From: Mustelus asterias
Taxonomy: Eukaryota
Assembly: GCF_964213995.1 (NCBI RefSeq)
Contig: NW_027590156.1
Coordinates: 186,001-250,000 of the forward strand
Length of the DNA stretch: 64,000 nucleotides
Direction of reading: 5' to 3'
Part shown: one piece after another, positions 23,445 to 36,427 of the stretch
Layout: every line of letters begins with the position of its first letter
Numbering within the stretch: the first letter of the stretch is position 1
Translations under genes and position numbers: made by a program
Notes under the pieces: model-generated
Seen by the model: the letters and a program-made list of their open reading frames with translations, nothing else
What the model was told of the DNA's origin: nothing
Databases searched by the model: none

Positions 23445-23593
23445 GATCCAGCGATCTCTGCTCTTCCTCCCATAGGTTCTGTAGGATGTGACGACGGATC
23501 AGCCTCAGCCAATGCTCTCAGCATTATCTTGTTCGATATTTTGCAGCTTTCGGAGACACAAGAAGTCCCTGGAATTCAGGAGCAGCACTAGGA

Positions 23594-25662
23594 ATGCGGA
23601 TGCCGGTTCTCACTGTGAACTGGGTGACAGTCATTGTCGGTAAGAAGTTTAAAACTTGAAAAAAGCGTAAACTGAGTTTAAGTTCTGGAGAAAAAAAGCC
23701 AATATCGGGCCTGTCATACGTCTTTGCTCTTGGCTTTTACTTTCAGGAGTATAGTTTGGCGAAACGCACAGCAAACCGATACCAAAATTGGGAGATGACA
23801 TCATCAGAAAGCAATGTAAACGTTGTGGTTAATTTTTACATAAGAACATAAGAAATAGGAGCAGGAGGAGGCCATCTAGCCCCTCGAGCCTGCCCCGCCA
23901 TTCAATAAGATCATGGCTGATCTGAAGTGGATCAGTTCCACTTACCCGCCTGATCCCTATAACCCCTAATTCCCTTACCGATCAGAAATCCATCTATCCG
24001 TTATTTAAACATATTCAACGAGGTAGCCTCCACCACTTCAGTGGGCAGAGAATTCCAGAGATTCACCACTCTCTGAGAGAAGACGTTCCTCCTCAACTCT
24101 GTCCTAAACGGACCCCCCTTTATTTTGAGGCTGTGCCCTCTAGTTCTAGGTTCCTTTCTAAGTGGAAAGAATCTCTCCATCTCTACCCTATCCAGCCCCT
24201 TCATTATCTTGTAGGTCTCTATAAGATCGCCCCTCAGCCTTCTAAATTCCAACGAATACAAACCCAATCTGCCCAGTCTCTCCTCATAATCAACACCCCT
24301 CATCTCTGGTATCAACCTGGTGAACCTTCTCTGCACTCCCTCCAAGGCCAATATATCCTTCCGCAAATAAGGGGACCAATACTGCACACAGTATTCCAGC
24401 TGCGGCCTCACCAGTGCCCTGTACAGATGCAGCAAGAATCTCTGCTTTTATATTCTATCCCTCTTGCGATATAGGCCAACATCCCATTTGCCTTCTTGAT
24501 CACCTGTTGCACCTGCAGACTGGGTTTTTGCGTCTCATGCACAAGGACCCCCAGGTCCCTCTGCACGGCAGCATGTTGTAATTTCTTTCCATTTAGATAA
24601 TAATCCAATTTGCTATTATTTCTTCCAAGTGAATAACCTCGCATTTGTCAACGTTTTCTCCATCTGCCAGATCCTCGCGCACTCACTCAGCCTGTCCAAA
24701 TCTCTCTGCAGACCTTCTACGCCCTCCACACGATTCACTTTTCCACTTATCTTTGTGTCGTCTGCAAACTTTGTTACCCTACACTCAGTCCCCTCCTCCA
24801 GATCGTCTATATAAATGGTAAATAGTTGAGGCCCCAGTACCGATCCCTGCGGCACGCCACTAGTTACCATCTGCCAACCAGAAAAACACCCATTTATTCC
24901 GACTCTCTGCTTCCTGTCGAGAAGACTAAAGCATAACCTGACTGGTGTATTTACAGTGATGAAGAGGTTTGACGTGGTGAACGGGGAGAGAATGATTCCA
25001 CTTGGGCAGGATTCCATACCCATGTCCCATAAATCTAAGTGAAACAAAAAGATTAAGAAGAATTACAGAGAATCTTCTTTAGAAAGAGTTCTGTAGAAAG
25101 TGACTCACATTAACACAATGAACACTTGAGGAGAGGAGTAAAAACACAGTTGGGTGAACTAGATAAAACAGCTGAGAGAGAAAGGGACAGAGGCATTTGA
25201 CATGAGGCGAGAGGGAGGATTCTACTGGGGATTGTAAACGGGGACGAAAAATCAGTTGGAACGAATGTATTATCATTTAATGTTTATTTTTATGTTACAC
25301 CGTCTGCGAATTTCCACCCCCAGTGCAGTTTAATGTTTTTCTTTGTTTAAACGTGATTTCCAGATATGAGCAATGGAGATTCAGTTCGTCAGCCGGAATC
25401 CTCACTCACACGGTCAGAGGGAGAAGATGTCACTTTAAGCTGCACCAATACGGACAATGCTTATTATTTATTCTGGCACCGTCAATACCCAGGCAAACAG
25501 CCCGAGTTGGCGGTCCGGAAGGACACGAGCGGCAGTTATGAATTTAAGGCGGATTTCGCTCAGACCCGGTTTCCTGATACAATTCAGCACTCAGAAAAGT
25601 TGCATGACCATCTCGGAGCTGCTGCTGTCTGACACCGCGGCCTATTACTGTGCACAGGATCT
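23594..25662 (+). pseudogene. V segment V6 (leader 23594-23639, V exon 25364-25662; one frameshift in FR3; CR1 in intron)
   Basis: MRMPVLTVNWVTVIV|gtaaga; DMSNGDSVRQ...VTLSC...LFWHRQYP..., frameshift, then TISELLLSDTAAYYCAQD. Confidence 0.92.
23838..24920 (-). mobile_element. CR1 LINE in V6 intron (related to the full-length copy at 39579)
   Basis: ORFs 24616-25047, 24408-24644 and 24001-24435. Confidence 0.95.
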
Positions 25663-25701
25663 CACAGTGATGAGAATTAGTGCAATCGTCGTGCAAAAAC
25701 T
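25663..25701 (+). other. 23-RSS of V6
   Basis: CACAGTG-23 bp-GCAAAAACT. Confidence 0.95.
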
Positions 25702-26694
25702 GCCGCAGGTTTCTGAGTCACGGTTGCAGTCTGCTGAGTACCGTTTACAACAGCGGGTCTGACACTGACACGTAAATATATCCCCGTGAACGCAAACCCC
25801 GAGAACAATCCACATAAACACCATTTAAAATCGTTCACATCGAAGACAGATTCCTTCTGATTATTACATTCACTGTGCGAGGGCAGAATTGGCTGCAGTT
25901 TGTTTGGGGTTCACTGGGAACTCGGCACTAACATTGAGAATTCAAAGCGAAGCATCAGTCAATAGTGTAAACTGAAGCCCGCCAGCTGAGGCAAATCCCA
26001 ATAACTAATCGTGACTAAACACCTCTCACTTAAATTCACTTATGAAGTGAGAATGGTTAACATAAGATTTGCAAAAGGATTACTTCCAGTCATGATGAGG
26101 AGCGATTAGTAGAGTAAATGATTTAAAACGAAATAATTGGCGTGGCTTAAGCACTGGAACGGATGGTATGAAAACCGACTAAGTACAGAAGCTGGATTGA
26201 CAAGAGCTTCAGAAAGTTTTCTAAAATCTCCAGAAGCGCTTTGGGAAATCGGAACAAGCCAGAGAATAATTTATGCCCACAAAATATGGATTCGTTTTCC
26301 TGCACTTCCCTCAGTGTTATTTACCTACTGTTACATTTACCTGTTGCCCGTACCTCCGTTAACATCTGGAACACAATAACAAATATTTAACACAGCAATT
26401 ATGTCACAAAATCTCCAATTTGCCAATGAGTATCAATTCTCCATTCACGTCTTTGCATTAATGTATTCGTTGTAAATGGAACAGAGGAAATATTCGCCAG
26501 TGCTGAATCTGTTAGTCAAGGCTTGTTAATATTTTGTATCTCTTTTAAATGAGAACAATTCGCTGATGGATTTAGAAATTCCAGTTGCTCAGTCCCCACC
26601 CCCACCACACGTCCCCCCGCCACCCGCCCCCCCCCCCGACCCCCCGGCCCCCGGAGACCCGTTCCTTTGACCCTCTATTCCCTTTGTCACACTG

Positions 26695-27211
26695 TATATC
26701 TGTTCAATATTTCCTCTGGTTTCAGTCACTGTGTCTCTCAGTCCGCAGTAATACACTGCGCTGTTAGACAGTCACAGCTCACGTATGGCGAAACTCCCTT
26801 CACTTTTTGAAGTGTTCATAGATGCAGAAAATTGAGTCCCCACTCCCTCTGGTCTGGTCTGAAAACATCGCCATATATAGGGATGTAGATCAAGAATGGG
26901 GGGCTTTTCCCCCACATCATTCTGAAATCATTCATGAGCGAATCTCCTTCAAACGTTGTCGTAAAACGGCTCCTGTGAGACAGAATCTGAGTCGATAACA
27001 CCTAGCAACAAATTAAAAATACAGATTTTTTAAAAAAATTGGCAATGATATCAAGTTAACGGAATTGTTTGCAAACAGTGGAGAAACAGATAATGGGTGA
27101 TTTCCAAGTCCGGATCACGAGCAAAGTGAAAATTATTCAACCTAGGAACTTGACAGTTAAGAGCGCTGAAGCTGAGAGAATTTCTGCAAAGGTAACAGTT
27201 AACATGTTCAC
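26695..27211 (-). pseudogene. V segment V7 with RSS (inverted paralog of V1)
   Basis: Leader 27211-27154 with ATG>GTG and a dead donor; exon 27001-26734 ..FEGDSLMNDF..FLIYIPIYGD..SAVYYCGLR with a CDR1 deletion; RSS CACAGTG-23-ACAGATATA at 26733-26695; TGACGTCA at 27410-27417. Confidence 0.9.
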
Positions 27212-27973
27212 AGAGCTGATGCGGGATCTGAACTCAGTGAGTTGAAGCTCAATTTTTCCAGGACAGAGTTCACAAAATGTTGAGTCATATCGGCCTCACT
27301 AGCAGTTGGTTCATTCCTGACAGAGCCAACAGGAGACACCCAATCAGCTCACAGCTCCTTTGTCGTACATTTCATCTAATCAGCTAAGACTGTCTTCATT
27401 CTACAAACATGACGTCAGAGCGAGGAGTATGTAACAATTTGAATCTGTTCTTAGAACAATTAACTGGACAGAAGAACATCAGAGAATAGGAACAGGAGTT
27501 GGAGTGGACCATTTGCTCCTTTATTAGCGTCCGCTAGCTTCAGTAAGATCATGGCTGCTTTTCCTCACATCCATCTTCCTGCAATATCCGCATATTCCTT
27601 ATTTGCCTATCGTCACCCTTGTTGAATAACTATGTCTCTCTGTGATCGAGAATAGTAATGATGGGCATTAAAAATAATTGTGTTTCTTTATCTTTGCGAT
27701 GGGTCACTTACAGGTAATAGTTCAAGTTGTTCCGATAACAGTACCAAAGTTTACCTGTCAATGAGCTGCTCGGTGATCTGGAAAACTACTATAAAGACGG
27801 GTTTTACAGAGAACGACACAGATTCAGCGCCGCAGAAATAAAACATTCGGGCAAGTTGGCTTTTTTAAATGTGTTTCTGTTATATTAACAGATCACAGTC
27901 CAGATCACAGATCTGATTCAGTAAGAAGAGGTGAGAGTGCCTTTGCTGTTTGTTGTAGACTGACTGTACCTCT

Positions 27974-28866
27974 AGAGGGAGAGGTAGTATTGAGGAAGCA
28001 GGGGAGTTGCAGAAGGAATGGAACAGGTTAGGAGAGTGGGCAAAGAAGTGGAAGATGGAATACAATGTGGAAAATTTTGAGGTTATGCACGTTGGAAGGA
28101 GGAATGGAGGCATGGACTATTTTCTAAATGGGAAAACGCTGAGGAAATTTGAAACACAAAGGGACCTGGGCGTCATTGTTCAAGGTTCCCTTAAGGTTAA
28201 CGTGCAGATTCAATCGGCAGTTAAGAAGACAAATGCAATGTTTTGCATTCATGTCGAGAGGGCTAGAATACAAGAGGCTGTATAGGGCTCTGGTCAGAAC
28301 CCATCTGGAATATTGTGAGCAGTTTTGGGCCCCGTATCTAAGGAAGGATGTACTGGCATTGGAAAGGGCCCAGAGGAGGTTCACAGGAATGAACCCTGGA
28401 ATGAAGAGCTTGTCGTATGAGGCACGGTTGAGGACTCTGGGTCTGTACTCGTTGGAGCTTAGAAGGATGAGGGGGGTGGGACGAACTTATTGAAACTTAC
28501 AGAATACTGCGAGGCCTGGATAGAGTGGATATGGAGAGTATGCTTCCACTCGTAGGAAAAACTAGAACAAAAGGGCACAACCTCAGGCTGAAGGGACGAT
28601 CCTTTAAAACAGAAATGACGAGCAATTTCTTCAGCCAGAAAGTGGTGAATCTGTGGAACTCTATGCCACAGATGGCTTTGGAGGCCAGGTCATTGAGTGT
28701 CTTTAAGACAGAGATAGATATCTTCTTGATTACTAAGGGGATCAGGGGTTCTGGGGAAAAGGCAGGAGAATGGGGGTGAGAAAAAAAATCAGCCATGATT
28801 GAATGGCGGAGCAGACTCGATGGGCCGACTGGACTAATTCTGCTCCAGTGTCTTATGGTCTTATGG
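27974..28866 (+). mobile_element. CR1 LINE inserted inside the V8 RSS spacer
   Basis: ORFs 28007-28285, 28149-28493 and 28525-28779; cttatggt tail abuts the spacer. Confidence 0.92.
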
Positions 28867-28875
28867 TCTCTGTAA

Positions 28876-29308
28876 CAGTGTGGTGTTCAGCGCACAGTGA
28901 TACACGGCAGAGTCAGAGTCAAAGACCTCGGTGACATTTAAAGGACTTGTTTCCTTGTCTATGTACAAATCAGCAGAAAACCGGTCAGGACAACCGGGAG
29001 ACTTATTCCCCTTCCCCTTGCCGTAACTCCTCAGTAAATATCTCGGAGCTTCCCCGGGACACTGGATGCATCAAAAAAAAGTATTGTTTCGTAAGTGGGA
29101 GTTCAATATTACCGTCTGCCCTTACTGAAACGTTAATTCAGGCGGCTTCTGGGAAACTGAATCTTGGCCATTGGTTCCTGTAACAACATATAGAATGTGC
29201 GAGAAATCTGTGAGTAAATATAACCCATGAAACACACACTGAGGATTTGAGCTCAGGCTCATCGGGCAGCATGACTATTATTATCAGTAAAGCACACAGG
29301 GGACACAT
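28876..29308 (-). pseudogene. V segment V8 (leader 29308-29263, exon 29177-28883, heptamer 28882-28876)
   Basis: MCPLCALLIIIVMLP with donor gt>at; GTNGQDSVSQKPPELTFQ*GQTV...PGEAPRYLL...DRFSADL...DSAVYHCALN then CACACTG. Confidence 0.9.
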
Positions 29309-30201
29309 GGTTCCAGATTGGACAATAAACAGCGACACTGTTTAAAATATGTTGCTCCTTCTATTGTATCACAGAGTGAACTCAGATCAGAGGCAGCTTC
29401 TCTAATCGGGACACTGAATGGCGAATCTTTGTGCTGCGATTGGCTGGTCTCTTCGCTCTGAAGTCAGCTAAGGGCCAATCACGGTTAGTTGGTGGTATAA
29501 TGGCTTACACTCTCCAATCAAATTCCATCCCTTGCCCTGTCTCCCATTGTCAGCCATTTTGTTATTGACTCGGTTCAAATCCTTTTCCTCTGAACTTAAT
29601 GACCATCCCTTTCTCCGAAATGAAGGTAGAAGTTCAAATAAATATATTAAAGTAAGTCTCGATGCGCCGGAGGCCTTTTCTGCGCAATATACCTCTAAAA
29701 TACTACAACTATATGACTCAATTCCCAGGGATATTTAGTGCTTGAACTTAATCAACAGTTTAAACCTTTTCAAAAGTACTGGGGATATTTAGTCACCCAA
29801 CTCCACATCGAGACGCAGTTCCACTGGCGCTGTTCTGGTACTGCCAAAATATTGATTACAGTTAATCATTATTTCTACCCACGAAAATGTGACAACGCTG
29901 AAATTAGACCGCTGATAAACTGTGTCTCCTGATAGATTGTCAGGTGATCCAGAAATAATTTTACATGTACAGATTGATTGATCCAGGATATCTGCGGGTC
30001 TGTGCGAATGGGATCGGGAAATGATTGAATCCCACCCTGGAGTAATATGTCATCTTTCCCAACAGTGACAATCATTGGGTTCAGCGAAAGAAAGCCTCTC
30101 AGATGGGGCTGCATTGGTGCCTTCATTATCTGTACATATTATTTGAAATTCAGCCCCATGTGTTGCCCTGATCCGAAACTCTTGATTATCAATCAGCACC
30201 T

Positions 30202-30520
30202 GAATTTTGTGTGAGGCCTGCGGGAACCTCATTCACTGTGGGTCTCAGTGCACAGTAATACATGGCGCTGTCTGTCATCTTCAAGTTTCTCACGGACAAG
30301 TGAGATTCCCGCTGTGCTGTCGAAAGCCGGGAGCCGCCTTCTGAAATCCATAACTATTGGCCCTCAGCAGATACTGAGGAGGTCGTTGTGGACACTGGCG
30401 ACAGCAGAATAGACCATATTCTCTCGCTGAGCTCGGTACAGAGTAGCTGCAGGGTATTGATGAATCTCCACCCTCTGCTGCTTCAACTCCTTGACTGGGT
30501 GACGTCTCCGTTACTCATTT
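30202..30520 (-). pseudogene. V segment V9 with intact 23-RSS (30240-30202)
   Basis: EGGDSSIPCSYS...RQCPQRPPQYLL..., frameshift, SHLSVRNLKMTDSAMYYCALRP; CACAGTG-23-ACAAAATTC; acceptor decayed and leader not found. Confidence 0.9.
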
Positions 30521-30592
30521 GGGAAAATGAGCAGCAGGCAAAGAACGGGTTAGAAGGAGGGACATGAGGCGGATGAGCACCCAGAGATGGAT

Positions 30593-30925
30593 TTTTAAAA
30601 ATTCATTCGTGGGACCTGGGCGTCGCTGATCGGCCAGCATGTATTGCCCACCCTAGTTGCCCTTGAATGAACGATTTGCTGGGCCATTTCAGAGTGCAAT
30701 GGCGTTTTGCTGTGGTTCTGGAGTCACATATAGGTCTGACCAGGTAATGATGGCAGATTTCCTTCCATAAGGGGCATTAGTGAACTAGATTGCTTTTTTT
30801 TTCGATTATCGACAATGGTTTCCTGGTCATCAGTAGATTCTTAATTCCAGATTTTTTTAAATTGAATTCAAATTCCATGATATGCCGTGGCGGGATTCGA
30901 ACCCGAGTCCGCAGAACATTGAAAT
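30593..30925 (-). mobile_element. SINE (second family)
   Basis: B-box-like gggttcgaatccc and the core shared with 35824-36188. Confidence 0.8.
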
Positions 30926-31096
30926 GAGAATAAATATGAGGATTGGCTAATTTAGAGCAGAGGTTCAAATTGACCGACCTGTGATTAGAACAATAAACAG
31001 AGGCAGACAGAATTCCACCCCCATGATTCCAGTCTGAAATCCGGAAACAAAGACAGTTTCTGTACTAGACCTGTAATTGGAGATTTTCATCAGCCC

Positions 31097-31127
<31 letters not shown>

Positions 31128-31774
31128 GAGGAGGTGTGGAGTTAATGAGTCGAATGCGATTTATTTCCTCCACATATCTTCATGTCTTCAAATAGTGGCT
31201 TTCCCGAGGAGGGGATCGTGATCGCTCATAACTGATCGGAGAGCACCCTCCTGTGGACAGAATGACCGTTGGAAGCAGATGCACACGTGTAAAGATCTCC
31301 ACGCATTGAGATCCACATTTGTCAGCGACAATAATTTTGCTTCCTTGGGTGCCGAGGAGGGATAAATGACCGAGTCAGCGTGAATGTTCACAGGCAAATC
31401 ATTGAGCGTGCAGCGTTGTTATACTGAGAAAAATAAGGGGGATTCCATGTGTTGAATTAAATGCATTAAATTCTGCTCGTTCAGTCCAAATGTTTCAACG
31501 GAGAGGAGGCACAAGATGAAAAGCTTGTGACCAGCGTAGAAATATTTTGACTGAATTCAAGTGCCATGTTTTTGTTTAATGGAATCTTCTGGCATTCATA
31601 TTTGGTGGATTTATTTATTTTTACAGTCGTGACTGTCTATCCATTCCACTATATATACAGCACTTCTATTTACCAATCAATTGTTGCACTACTTCTCTCT
31701 ATTGTTGATCCCAAAGTATCTATGTCTTTAGGTATCTCTCGCATCCCGTCAACCTATCAAAAATATCCCTATTT

Positions 31775-31875
31775 CCCCCTCCCTCCCTCACTCCCTCCCT
31801 CTTTTATCCTCCCTCCATCCATCCATCCCTCCATCTATCCCTTCCTTCCTCCCTCCCTCCCTCCGTCCATCCAAT
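31775..31875. repeat. (TCCC/TCCA)n microsatellite
   Basis: Direct reading. Confidence 0.85.
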
Positions 31876-32190
31876 TGGCCCATCGAGTCTGCACGACCAT
31901 TCAATAAGATCATGACTGATCTGATGTGATGGTGCTCAACTTTACTTTCCTGCCTTATCCCCATGACATTTGATTGCCTTGCTGATTGAAATCTACCTTT
32001 TTCAGCCTTGAACATACCTTTTACAATCCCCTGCGATAAGTAATTCCACAAATGCACTGCCCTATCAGAGTAGAATTTCCTCATCGTCTCTGTTTTAAAT
32101 TGGCTACCCTTCATTCTGAGATCATGGCCTCTGGTCCTAGACTCTCCCACAAGGGAAAACAATCTCTCAACATCTACCCTGTCCAACTTC
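31876..32190 (-). mobile_element. CR1 3' fragment
   Basis: ORF 31788-32186 DRVDVERLFSLVGESRTRGH. Confidence 0.85.
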
Positions 32191-32258
32191 TTTGAAAATA
32201 CGATACGTCAAATAGACGGTAAACTGCGTCTCAGGTTAATTTGAATTCAACTGCCCAG

Positions 32259-33375
32259 AAGTGATGAAAGTGAGGAGGTGTGGAATAGAGGGAAAGTTGG
32301 CCGATTGGATAGGTAACTGGCTGTCTGATCGAAGACAGAGGGTGGCGGTGGATGGAAAATTTTCGGATTGGAGGCAGGTTGCTAGCGGAGTGCCACAGGG
32401 ATCAGTGCTTGGTCCTCTGCTCTTTGTGATTTTTATTAATGACTTAGAGGAGGGGGCTGAAGGGTGGATCAGTAAATTTGCTGATGACACCAAGATTGGT
32501 GGAGTAGTGGATGAGGTGGAGGACTGTTGTAGGCTGCAAAGAGACATAGATAGGGTGCAAAGCTGGGCTGAAAAATGACAAATGGAGTTTAACCCTGATA
32601 AATGTGAGGTGATTCATTCTGGTGGGACTAATTTAAATGTGGATTACAGGGTCAAAGGTAGGGTTCTGAAGACTGTGGAGGAACAGAGAGATCTTGGGGT
32701 CCATATCCACAGATCTCTAAAGGTTGCCACTCAAGTGGATAGAGCTGTGAAGAAGGCCTGTAGTGTGTTAGCTTTTATTAACAGGGGGTTGGAGTTTAAG
32801 AACCGTGGGGTTATGCTGCAACTGTACAGGACCTTGGTGAGACCACATTTGGAATATTGTGTGCAGTTCTGGTCACCTCACTATAAGAAGGATGTGGAAG
32901 CTCTGAAAAGAGTGCAGAGGAGATTTACCAGGATGCTGCCTGGTTTGGAGGGTAGGTCTTATGAGGAAAGGTTGAGGGAGCTAGGGCTGTTCTCTCTGGA
33001 GCGGAGGAGGCTGAGGGGAGACTTAATAGAGGTTTATAAAATGATGAAGGGGATAGATAGAGTGAACGTTCAAAGACTATTTCCTCGGGTGGATGGAGCT
33101 TACAAGGGGGCATAATTATAGGGTTCGTGGTGGGAGTTATAGGAAGGATATCCGAAGTAGGTTCTTTACGCAGAGAGTGGTTGGGGTGTGGAATGGACTG
33201 CCTGCAGTGATAGTGGAGTCAGACACTTTAGGAACATTTGAGCGGTTATTGGATAGGCACATGGAGCACACCAGGATGATAGGGAATGGGATAGCTTGAT
33301 CTTGGCTTCAGATAAAGCTCTACACAACATCGTGGGTCGAAGGGCCTGTTCTGTGCTGTACTGTTCTATGTTCTA
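32259..33375 (+). mobile_element. CR1 LINE, 5'-truncated
   Basis: ORFs 32261-32578, 32582-33115 and 33093-33299; gttctat tail. Confidence 0.95.
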
Positions 33376-33545
33376 AGTGACATCAGATCAGCTCTTTCTG
33401 CATTGAACTTCTGCAGGAAGTAATATCAAACCAGTCCAAGCTCTGAGGATGTATTGTCCTTCATGTGGTGACAGCTGCTCTTATTTATTGAATATTCTAC
33501 AACTTGCTCAGCTACAGAAATCCTTCGAATTCCGGAGAGGCAGGA

Positions 33546-34648
33546 ATGCGGCTCCTGGTTCTCGCTTTGTTCTGGATAACACTCATTCTGGGTAAGAAGG
33601 TTAAAATGTGAAAAACAGGAGAATCACATAAAAAGGAAGACATTTAAAAGGCAAGGAGCACATTTTAACCTCCAGCCTAAATCTGGTTAGACTTCATTAA
33701 AAGTGTTTGTAAAATAATACAAATACGGAGGTGAAACCAGAAAATGCGGTTTATAAGGATACAGTCAAATCTCAGGTTAAAAGGAATTATCCGAAATCAT
33801 TGTACATGCTAGGATTGTTATCTCGAGCAAAGGGAGCAATGCGTTAACTTGGGAGAAGTCTTTAAAAATGTTGATGATGTTTCAGAATCCTGAAAAGGAG
33901 TCGCCCCCCTCCCCCCCCCCCCCCGCACCCCCCCCCCCGCCACCCCCGCCCCCACGCACCCCCCCCCACCCCCCCCCCACCCCCAAAGTAGACGATTTTA
34001 AAACGCGGTATATAAAAGCTTTCAATGAGTCTGACAAAGATTCCAGGAAAAAGATCCAACGCAGAGAGTGTCTCCAATGTGGAAATCATTATCACCGGGA
34101 GGTTGCGGGTCATTATTATAACTTAAATGAAGGAGAAAATTAATGAGAAGATTATGGAGAAAGCAGAAGATGGAAATTTTCCGAGGGTGAGATGAAAACG
34201 CTTGCAGGAGGCTCCTTGAAGTGTTAACCAGACATCAGTTGTGTCGAATGAAGGTTCATTCTCGGCTCTCATTCTATCGAATGTAATAGAAAACTGACCT
34301 CCATGTTTCACCCGTTACAGTTTGGAACGATGGAAATTCTATTACTCAGCGGGAATTCTCAGTCATACAGACAAAGGGAGAAGATGTCACTTTAGCCTGC
34401 ACCTATACTGGCAATTATTTGCACTTATTCTGGTACCGTCAGTACACAGCCAGACAGCCCGAGTTTGCAGTCCAGAGATACACCAGCGGCCGTTCTGAAT
34501 TGAAGCCGAATTTCGCTTGGAACCGGTTCAGCACTCAGACAATTTATTGACCATTTCGGAGCTGTGGCTGTCTGACACCGCGGTCTCTTGTGCACTGTGC
34601 ACTGAAACTCAGAGTGATGGGAACGAGTGAAATTCTCATCTAAAAACT
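33546..34648 (+). pseudogene. V segment V10 (paralog of V6; leader 33546-33591, exon 34321-34609, dead RSS 34610-34648)
   Basis: MRLLVLALFWITLIL|gtaaga; WNDGNSITQ...VTLACTY...LFWYRQY...; FR3 deletion and stop; heptamer CAGAGTG-23-CTAAAAACT. Confidence 0.92.
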
Positions 34649-35234
34649 TCCGCAGATTTCTGGGTCAAAGCTGCTGTCGTTGGGAGTTGTTTACAAGAGC
34701 GGGTCACACAATGACACATGAATACATTCCCGTGAGCGCAGACATCGAATGCAATCTACGTAAAAGCCATTTAAATCAATTCACATTGAATCCTGACTCT
34801 GCCCAATGATTGCATGCATTGTGGGAGGGCAGAATTCGCTCTTTACCATCCGCATTAATAAAAAAATAAACTCTAGTTGTTTTCCCAAAACTAGTTCGCT
34901 TTGTTTAGCTGATTCATTGTGGAAAGATGGACGCCAGCTGAGGAGCCTTATATCGTCAAAGAAGCGCCCCTTGTTCAAATATATTCATCTGCTTCACCGA
35001 TAACGTACCCTCCATCATAATATTGGAGTTTGGGATCGTTGCCGACGATTCCACAATGTTCTGAATCATTCGGGACTTCTGAGAAACTTAAGCAGTCAAT
35101 TCCGGTATGTAACAATATCGTTGACGAAGTTGTGGCAAATATCATTCATGCCCCAAATGTGGCAGGAATTGAGCATTTCCGGATCAAGTGCCTTCGCATC
35201 GCTGACCGGTAACAGTAAAACTAACCGTGCCTAC

Positions 35235-35575
35235 CCATAAAACTCTGGCTACGAGAGCAGGTCAGACACTGGAATTTTTCTTGACTCCCCAATGTCTGTC
35301 CGCTAACTGCCAAACACAGAGTGTGTTGACCTGCTCTCCACTTACTTGGATAAGTGGATCTCAAGCAATACTCCAGAGGCTCCACAGTAGCTCGGGCTCC
35401 GTGCATGGTACACCACATTCACTCCTTCCACGTACAATGCTAGCAGTGTGCACATTATACAAGATAGAATGCAGCAACCTGCTAGGCGCACTTCGACAGC
35501 AGCTTCCAAACCCGCGACCCCTACCGCCCGAAGAGAAGCACAATAGGGGCATGGGAATCACACCATCTTCAAGAT
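35235..35575 (+). mobile_element. Decayed non-LTR retrotransposon fragment
   Basis: ATRAGQ.L...LTPQ.LS...SPL.W pattern of a LINE ORF2 C-terminus; clade not determined. Confidence 0.55.
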
Positions 35576-35823
35576 CCCTAACAAGATTGCAACTGTGTAA
35601 AATGGAAGCTCGCTTATTCCTGCCCGAGATCAAGTAGGGCAACATATTCCAGCATCGGTTGCGACGTTGAAGTCCCTTGAAAGTGTGAACAAAAAGCTTT
35701 AACTTTGAAGGGGATTCACCAGTCTCTGCAAGGGAGCTAAGGGAACTCAAGAGTACAAGTTGGCCCAGAATAAAACCAAAACTCGAGCTATGGGCTCAAT
35801 GTAACCAGACAGTGTTTAACATC

Positions 35824-36188
35824 GTGGAGGCGATGGCCGAGTGGTGTTACCGCTGGACTCTTGATCCAGAAATTCAGCTAATCCCGCCAAGGCAGGTGAT
35901 GGAATTAGAATTCAGTGAAAAAAATCTGGATTAAATTAAACTTTATAAAAGAATATCGGGAATTAAGAACCTACTGATGACTATTAAACCATTTCCGATT
36001 GTCTGATAACCCCATCTGGTTCACTAGTGTTCTTTAGGGAAGGAAATCTGCCATCCTTACCTGGTCTGGCCAACATGGGACTCCAGAATCAGAGCAAAGT
36101 GATTGACTCTCAACTTCCATCGGGCAACTAGGGATAGGCAGTAAATGCTGGCCAGTCAGCGACGCCCATGTCCCACAAATGAATATAC
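35824..36188 (+). mobile_element. tRNA-headed SINE (second family), near full length
   Basis: A-box-like tggccgagtgg head, shared core, and gggcaactagggataggca..aatgctggcc tail. Confidence 0.8.
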
Positions 36189-36427
36189 CGAAACAGAGTC
36201 ACGCTGTTCTTTCATTCCGGAGTCACAAACACAGAACGGGTGACGACCGTCATGCAACACGGGTTTCAAATTATTCATAACTGACTCACGACCGCCAGTC
36301 TCACAGCGCCCCCAGCGATACAGGAAGTGAAATGTTGACATCCCGATACTCGGCGGATAAGTGGGGACGGGATTTAGAACAGATTCTACCAAATTGCCAG
36401 CTCCCTTTTGTAGAGCTGACAGAGACA

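Noticed and set aside
27658-27960. Leader-like stretch ending acag|gtaata and acceptor at 27890, suggesting a 13th V on plus
   Set aside because: Leader is frameshifted, no V framework follows, and 27948-27971 is better explained as the displaced V8 spacer and nonamer.
30500-30566. Intronless leader (MSLLLT...) fused to V9, suggesting a processed V
   Set aside because: The pyrimidine-rich stretch fits an intron tract with a decayed acceptor (compare V6 ttccag|ATATGAGCAATGGAGAT) and the frame has a stop.
33862-34143. Pro-rich and Gly-rich ORFs
   Set aside because: Artefacts of a poly-C tract in the V10 intron; similar C/G runs at ~26600-26650 and ~31100-31135.
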